From an uncultured virus (IMG/VR IMGVR_UViG_3300042393_000573) (lineage: Duplodnaviria; Heunggongvirae; Uroviricota; Caudoviricetes), in the IMG/VR virus record IMGVR_UViG_3300042393_000573, positions 1 through 64,000 of that record: a stretch of DNA of 64,000 nucleotides; one strand, given 5' to 3'. Shown in pieces: positions 58,977 through 64,000 of this stretch. The notes below the pieces were generated by a model, which had not been told where the DNA came from, did no database searches, and saw nothing but the letters and a program-made list of their open reading frames with translations. How positions within the stretch are numbered: position 1 is the first letter of the stretch; each line of letters opens with the position of its first letter. Made by a program: the position numbers and the translations under genes.

Positions 58977-59735
58977 GTGGCAGCAGAGAATATTGACAAT
59001 ACCGTTGGTGGTACTGGGCTATTCAATGCCAAAATACCTGGACTTTCAGATGCAGCCGATATTCAAGCAGCGCTAAGACTTTACCACTATGGATCTTATG
59101 CCTATGACGGTTCAAATACAAATACCGCAAACCTTTTAACCCCATCTATTGCAAAACATTTACAGAATCTTGTAGATGCAGATGCTCTTGAAGTAGTAAA
59201 TAGAACTGCAGCAGATGCAGCAGAAGTATTAGCCAGAAATGCTGCAATTACAACACATAATTCATCTACAACAAATGTCCATGGCATAGCAGATACTTCT
59301 CTTTTAGCAACAAAGTCTTATGTAGACGGAGTTGATAAATCTTCACTTGTATCACCAAAAGAATTAACAACTATTTCTGCAACAGCAGCAACTGGAGCAA
59401 TTGATATTGATGTTGCTACTTCTTCTATTGATATTCGTACTTCCAATGCCGTCGCAAATTGGACAATAAATATTCGTGGCAATGCAACAACTACTCTTAA
59501 TTCATTAATGGCAACAGGTCAGCAAATCTCTGTTGTATTTGAATCTCCTCAAAGTGGAACTGCATATTACCCAACAGCACTTACTGTTGATGGTGCATCA
59601 GTAACTCCTAAATGGTTAGGTGGAATAGCCCCTTCTTCAGGAAACATTAACTCAACAGATGTTTATGTTTATACAATTAGGAAAACAGGTGCAGAAACAT
59701 TTACTGCTCTTGCATCACAGAACAAGTTTGCTTAG
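58977..59735 (+). CDS. putative tail-fibre protein
   Basis: HGIADT motif; C-terminal KW.GG.AP..D.Y.Y. Confidence 0.6.
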   Translation: MAAENIDNTVGGTGLFNAKIPGLSDAADIQAALRLYHYGSYAYDGSNTNTANLLTPSIAKHLQNLVDADALEVVNRTAADAAEVLARNAAITTHNSSTTNVHGIADTSLLATKSYVDGVDKSSLVSPKELTTISATAATGAIDIDVATSSIDIRTSNAVANWTINIRGNATTTLNSLMATGQQISVVFESPQSGTAYYPTALTVDGASVTPKWLGGIAPSSGNINSTDVYVYTIRKTGAETFTALASQNKFA

Positions 59736-59753
59736 TAGTAAACAGGTAGAATC

Positions 59754-61475
59754 ATGAGTCCATTATTTCGTGGCCCAAGTGGTATAGGAATATTTTTAGC
59801 AGCAACTCCTACTCCTGTAGCACCTACTCCTGTAGCACCTACTCCTGTAGAACCTACTCCTGTAGCACCTACTCCTGTAGCACCTACTCCTGTAGAACCT
59901 ACTCCTGTAGCACCTACTCCTGTAGCACCTACTCCTGTAGAACCTACTCCTGTAGCACCTACTCCTGTAACACCAACACCAGAGGTTACAATTTATGATA
60001 TTTATGTAACATGTAACGGATCAACGACTGCTTATTCAGGCGCTTATGGAACACCTCCTACAGGATCAGGAATTACAAACATTACAGGAACAACTACAAT
60101 ATCAAACTTGTCAAGTGCTGAAATTGTTACTTTATTGGGAATTCCTGCAGCATGTGTACCAACACCAACACCAACACCTGTTACTTGGTACATCTCTGGT
60201 TGCGTTAATGGAAGTCCTGTTTATGGAGAAGGTCCAACATCAGGAAGAGCCCTTGATAATCTTCTAGAAGTTCACCCAACTGCAACCAATATTACTGCAG
60301 CAAGTTCTTCAGGATATCCATCAGTAACTTGTACAACACCTACTCCAACACCTGTTGCAACAACTTGGTATATCTCTGGTTGTGTTGGTGGAACTACGGT
60401 TACTGACACAGGAGCAACATCAGGACAGGCATTAGATAATTTATTAGCAACATATCCAACTGCAACCAATATTACTGCAGCAAGTTCTTCAGGATATCCA
60501 TCAGTAACTTGTACAACACCTACACCAACTGCACCAGTTGCACCAGTTGCACCAGTTGCACCAGTTGCACCAACATGTGTACCAACCTGGACAACAACAA
60601 CAACTTACGGTGAGTGGGGTCCTTGGGGTGCTTGTGTAAGAGTTGGTGGCCCAGATGAATATGCACAAACAAGAACTAGATCGTATACTATAACAGAAAC
60701 TGCAAGTGGATGTTCTCCAAACCCAGCCCCAATTGTTACAACAGGAACAGATTCGGACACACAAGACTGTACGCCTCCAGCAACAGGACCATTCTTCCCA
60801 CCGTTCTTCCCACCGTTCTTCCCACCGTTCTTCCCACCATCATTCTGTCCGTTCTTCCCACCAGTATTCTGTCCATTCTTCCCACCAGTATTCTGTCCAT
60901 TCTTCCCACCAGTATTTACCCCAACTCCAACTGAACCAACACCAGTTGCACCAATTGATGGATGTGTACAGGGTGATGTTCTTGTAAGAACAACTAGTGG
61001 ATATGTTAAAGCAAGAGATTTGTTTATAGGACAAAGTCTAGTATCCTACAGTTTCAATGAATTACCAGATAACTCATCTGTTGATTTTGCTGAGACATGG
61101 GTATCTGATACTCTAACTGGATCATCAGTTGTTGAAACAACTATTAGTGCAATTAAGGCAAGAGATGTTGCAACTACTGTAATGTTTAATGGTAGTAAGC
61201 AAAGAAGATTCTCTCTAGAGCACTTAATGCTAGTTAAGAGAGATGGAGTATACGCATTTATTCAGGCTGGTGTAATTAAACTTGGCGACTATTTAGTTTA
61301 TGACATAAATAATCAAGCAACAGATGTACTTGTTGAAGTATTGGGTTATGTTGATGAAACAACAGATGTTTATGACATCACTGTAAATCCTTATTCACTC
61401 TTTATTGCAGGAGATCTAATCTCTCATAATAAGAAGGGTGTCTTCCAAGGCCTAACACAAAGAGATTCAGAATAA
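59754..61475 (+). CDS. Pro/Thr-rich repeat protein with C-terminal Hint domain
   Basis: (xPTPV)n, duplicated Cys domains, WGPWGAC..RTR, (PPFF)n, C..SLEH..VYDI..HN. Confidence 0.8.
   Translation: MSPLFRGPSGIGIFLAATPTPVAPTPVAPTPVEPTPVAPTPVAPTPVEPTPVAPTPVAPTPVEPTPVAPTPVTPTPEVTIYDIYVTCNGSTTAYSGAYGTPPTGSGITNITGTTTISNLSSAEIVTLLGIPAACVPTPTPTPVTWYISGCVNGSPVYGEGPTSGRALDNLLEVHPTATNITAASSSGYPSVTCTTPTPTPVATTWYISGCVGGTTVTDTGATSGQALDNLLATYPTATNITAASSSGYPSVTCTTPTPTAPVAPVAPVAPVAPTCVPTWTTTTTYGEWGPWGACVRVGGPDEYAQTRTRSYTITETASGCSPNPAPIVTTGTDSDTQDCTPPATGPFFPPFFPPFFPPFFPPSFCPFFPPVFCPFFPPVFCPFFPPVFTPTPTEPTPVAPIDGCVQGDVLVRTTSGYVKARDLFIGQSLVSYSFNELPDNSSVDFAETWVSDTLTGSSVVETTISAIKARDVATTVMFNGSKQRRFSLEHLMLVKRDGVYAFIQAGVIKLGDYLVYDINNQATDVLVEVLGYVDETTDVYDITVNPYSLFIAGDLISHNKKGVFQGLTQRDSE
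59806..59970 (+). repeat. 15-bp tandem repeat, 11 units, with 45-bp higher-order period
   Basis: CCTACTCCTGTAG(C/A)A units encoding APTPV, APTPV, EPTPV. Confidence 0.9.
60788..60917 (+). repeat. PPFF / FCPFFPPV coding repeats
   Basis: 12-bp and 24-bp units built on TTCTTCCCACC. Confidence 0.85.
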
Positions 61476-61476
61476 A

Positions 61477-61674
61477 ATGAACGAAGTAAATCCTTTACAC
61501 ATGCTTAATTTAAAAAATTATGTAAAGGAATCAGATCTCTCTAATCAAAGATTTAATATATGCAAACAATGTCCAGAACTAATAAAATTAACAAAACAAT
61601 GTAAAAAATGTGGATGTTTTATGAAAGCAAAAGTAATGTTAGAAGCAGCATCGTGTCCGTTAGGAAAATGGTAA
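61477..61674 (+). CDS. small Cys-rich protein (DUF6171-like)
   Basis: R..ICKQCP..CKKCGCFM..K..CPLGKW. Confidence 0.7.
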   Translation: MNEVNPLHMLNLKNYVKESDLSNQRFNICKQCPELIKLTKQCKKCGCFMKAKVMLEAASCPLGKW

Positions 61675-62189
61675 TGATAAAAGAAGAAATTGCTCCAGGA
61701 ATTGTTGTATATGATAATGTAATTCCAGATAATGTTTTTTTATATAAAGAAATTCAAAAATTGATGATGGATTCTAAATGGATTACACCTAAATGGTCTT
61801 ATGCAGAAGTTGAAGATTTAGAAAAAATAACTTCTTTAAAATTAAACAGGTTGTTCTTTGATCATTTTGATCCAATAGAGAAAGACTATAAAGAGTATTA
61901 TAAGATATTTCCTGAATGGCATGACGTATACGGAATAATGAAATATAGTCCAGGACAAGGTTTTATTAATCATGTAGATGACGGAACCGAATATCATAGA
62001 AGAGTTTCAGTTGTATATTATTTAAATGATGATTATATTGGTGGAGAAATAAACTTTCCAAGATTTAATATTAAACTTAAACCAAAAACTAATCAAATAA
62101 TTATATTTCCATCTATATATGTTTATAATCACTCAGTATCCCCAATTATTGAAGGCGATAAATATGCAGTAGTTAGTTTTCTACGATGA
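61674..62189 (+). CDS. 2OG-Fe(II) prolyl-4-hydroxylase-like oxygenase
   Basis: HVD..YLNDDYIGGE..HSV..K; TAATG-coupled start. Confidence 0.88.
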   Translation: MIKEEIAPGIVVYDNVIPDNVFLYKEIQKLMMDSKWITPKWSYAEVEDLEKITSLKLNRLFFDHFDPIEKDYKEYYKIFPEWHDVYGIMKYSPGQGFINHVDDGTEYHRRVSVVYYLNDDYIGGEINFPRFNIKLKPKTNQIIIFPSIYVYNHSVSPIIEGDKYAVVSFLR

Positions 62190-62746
62190 AAGCGCCATAT
62201 TTATTAAAAACCGTTCTTCCAGAAAAAGAACATAAGGAATTACAAGATCTAGCAATGCATCTTTGGTCAACAGATAAAAGTACATTTGACGAAGGTTTTG
62301 GTAGACATCAATGGGCAATTTGGGACGGAACACATAGAGAAAATATAATACCACTTAGAAAATTTCATCAGATGCTTCTACCACTGGCAAAAGAAGAATT
62401 TGAATCAGAAACATTACTTCCTTCCTGGTGTTTATTAAGTATCTATGAAGGAGAAAAGGCTAGACTTTGGAAACATGTTGATGATAATGCTTGTACATAC
62501 CATATGAATTATACAATTTTTCATAAAACACCTTGGGATTTTTATGTTGAAGGAATAAAGTTTCAACCAGAAGAAAATGATATGGTTATTTCATACGGGA
62601 ATGATCAACAACACTGGAGAGAGGAATTCCCTGACCCAAAGAATAACCTAGTTGCAAATGCTTTTTTCTTTTATGTAGAGCCAGATCATTGGTTTTTTAC
62701 AAAAGGCCCACAACATTTATATACTGGAATAAGAAATAAGGGATGA
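62186..62746 (+). CDS. 2OG-Fe(II) oxygenase (HWR type)
   Basis: KHVDDNAC...QHWREEF. Confidence 0.75.
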   Translation: MKAPYLLKTVLPEKEHKELQDLAMHLWSTDKSTFDEGFGRHQWAIWDGTHRENIIPLRKFHQMLLPLAKEEFESETLLPSWCLLSIYEGEKARLWKHVDDNACTYHMNYTIFHKTPWDFYVEGIKFQPEENDMVISYGNDQQHWREEFPDPKNNLVANAFFFYVEPDHWFFTKGPQHLYTGIRNKG

Positions 62747-63696
62747 AAAAAATATTAGTTAGTGTTGTCAATTATTGTGACCCAGAGTTTTATTCTACAA
62801 TGTTTTCTTTGTGGCATCAGGCAAAAAATAAAGAGGATCTGTATTTTTCTATAGTTTCAGAAGATAATACTAAATATGATTTATCTTTTATACCAAAAGA
62901 ACAGTTATTATATAGGCACTTTGATCTTTCAGAGTATAGGGGTGGTGTCTGTTGGGCTAGAAACTTGGCAACTCAAGTTAATGTAGATTATAACTATTTT
63001 ATACAGTTTGATTCACACACCTATGCAGCACCAGAATGGGATAGGTTTGCTGTTGAAAGATATGAAAAATTAAATATTAATAATGAAAAATTTATTATTG
63101 CATATGCCCCAGCAGAGTATAAAATAATGTCAGACGGGTCAATTAATTTTGTTACAGACTGTAAAGTATCACTGTATGGATTTTTATTTAATAATTTAGT
63201 TCCAGGATTTCAGTTTCCAGGATACAGGGTTTTAGAAATAGAGGAAATAGTTCGTTCGTATTGGGCTACATGTTGTTACCTTTTTGCACCCAAGCAATGG
63301 ATTGATGAAGTTGGTATTAGCGGTAAAGAATCATTCAATACTGAAGAGTTTGCTTTATCTTTAAGAACTTATGCAAAAGATTGGAAAATTTACTCTATTG
63401 GCACAAGGGATGTTTTTCACAATCAGTCGCATGGACAGGCAAATGGATCTGTAACAAGAGAAACGCTTAGGCCTTGGGCAGACGGCAGAAAAGAACACTA
63501 CTGGAGCCATGTTGAAGAATCAACTAATAGACTGTCTATGCTAATGTCTGGTCAATTAGAAATTCCAAAAGAAAAAGTTTACAATTTTCTTAAAGAGTCT
63601 GGTATAGACACAAAATACACAGACTTTATTCCAAACTACAGTTCACATGTTGTAGTTGAGCCTAGGGCACTTGGCATGCCACCAAGAAGGAATTAG
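62743..63696 (+). CDS. GT-A glycosyltransferase, GT60 (Skp1-hydroxyproline GlcNAc-transferase)-like
   Basis: ILVSVVNYCDPE..T..L...A, GVCWARNL, YFIQFDSH..WD, EE..LSLR.Y..W. Confidence 0.75.
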   Translation: MKKILVSVVNYCDPEFYSTMFSLWHQAKNKEDLYFSIVSEDNTKYDLSFIPKEQLLYRHFDLSEYRGGVCWARNLATQVNVDYNYFIQFDSHTYAAPEWDRFAVERYEKLNINNEKFIIAYAPAEYKIMSDGSINFVTDCKVSLYGFLFNNLVPGFQFPGYRVLEIEEIVRSYWATCCYLFAPKQWIDEVGISGKESFNTEEFALSLRTYAKDWKIYSIGTRDVFHNQSHGQANGSVTRETLRPWADGRKEHYWSHVEESTNRLSMLMSGQLEIPKEKVYNFLKESGIDTKYTDFIPNYSSHVVVEPRALGMPPRRN

Positions 63697-64000
63697 CGAG
63701 GAAACTTAGCCATCCATTCCTTAGTCTTTGGAGTGATGCCTTTCCAAGAAGACCAGTCGTCCCCACCCTTTGTCATGTAGTATGCAATTTCAGCATTCTT
63801 GACGGGATTAAATAATTCAGCGTTAGAGTCAAGATCAAACTTGTCCCTACGATCAGGACCAAGTGTATCAATCATATTAATTTGGAACATACCATAAGAC
63901 GAATCCCCAGTCTTGTGATTGCCATTAAAGGCCAATGGTCGTCCATTAGATTCTTTCTTTGCTACTGCCCAAGCCACAACAAGGTCTTTACCCTTGAAGC
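63693..64000 (-). CDS. lysozyme-like / lytic transglycosylase (5' end outside window)
   Basis: AKKESNG..DSSYGMFQIN..NP..NA..A..WSSW. Confidence 0.8.
   Translation of the reverse strand, partial: FKGKDLVVAWAVAKKESNGRPLAFNGNHKTGDSSYGMFQINMIDTLGPDRRDKFDLDSNAELFNPVKNAEIAYYMTKGGDDWSSWKGITPKTKEWMAKFPR

Overview
This window is 64 kb from the inside of a large, AT-rich tailed-phage genome. The host is most likely an actinobacterium, judged from a WhiB gene, many leaderless-style promoters, and a dnaE-recA-resolvase-Cas4-like-RuvC-HTH-terminase order that recalls large Streptomyces and freshwater actinophages. Layout: 0-8.6 kb replication, recombination and packaging genes; 8.6-25 kb surface, lysis and accessory genes; 25-40 kb single-gene cassettes (2OG-Fe(II) oxygenases, peroxide-defence enzymes, tRNAs, two candidate ncRNAs); 40.4-41.1 kb a repeat-rich, mostly non-coding stretch; 41-52 kb minus-strand small genes, probably early; 55-64 kb virion and tail genes. 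Three observations stand out. (1) The 41-52 kb spacers share an ordered module of what look like host-regulator sites: PafBC/RecA-NDp-type promoters, CRP boxes, DnaA boxes and WhiA-like GACAC sites, with a MraZ-like repeat at 40.5 kb. (2) A small, covarying RNA pseudoknot occurs in seven copies downstream of genes. (3) A tightly coupled operon joins a Pro/Thr-rich, Hint-domain protein with prolyl-hydroxylase-like oxygenases and a GT60-like (Skp1-hydroxyproline GlcNAc-transferase-like) enzyme. All family calls come from motif recognition by eye; no database search was run.
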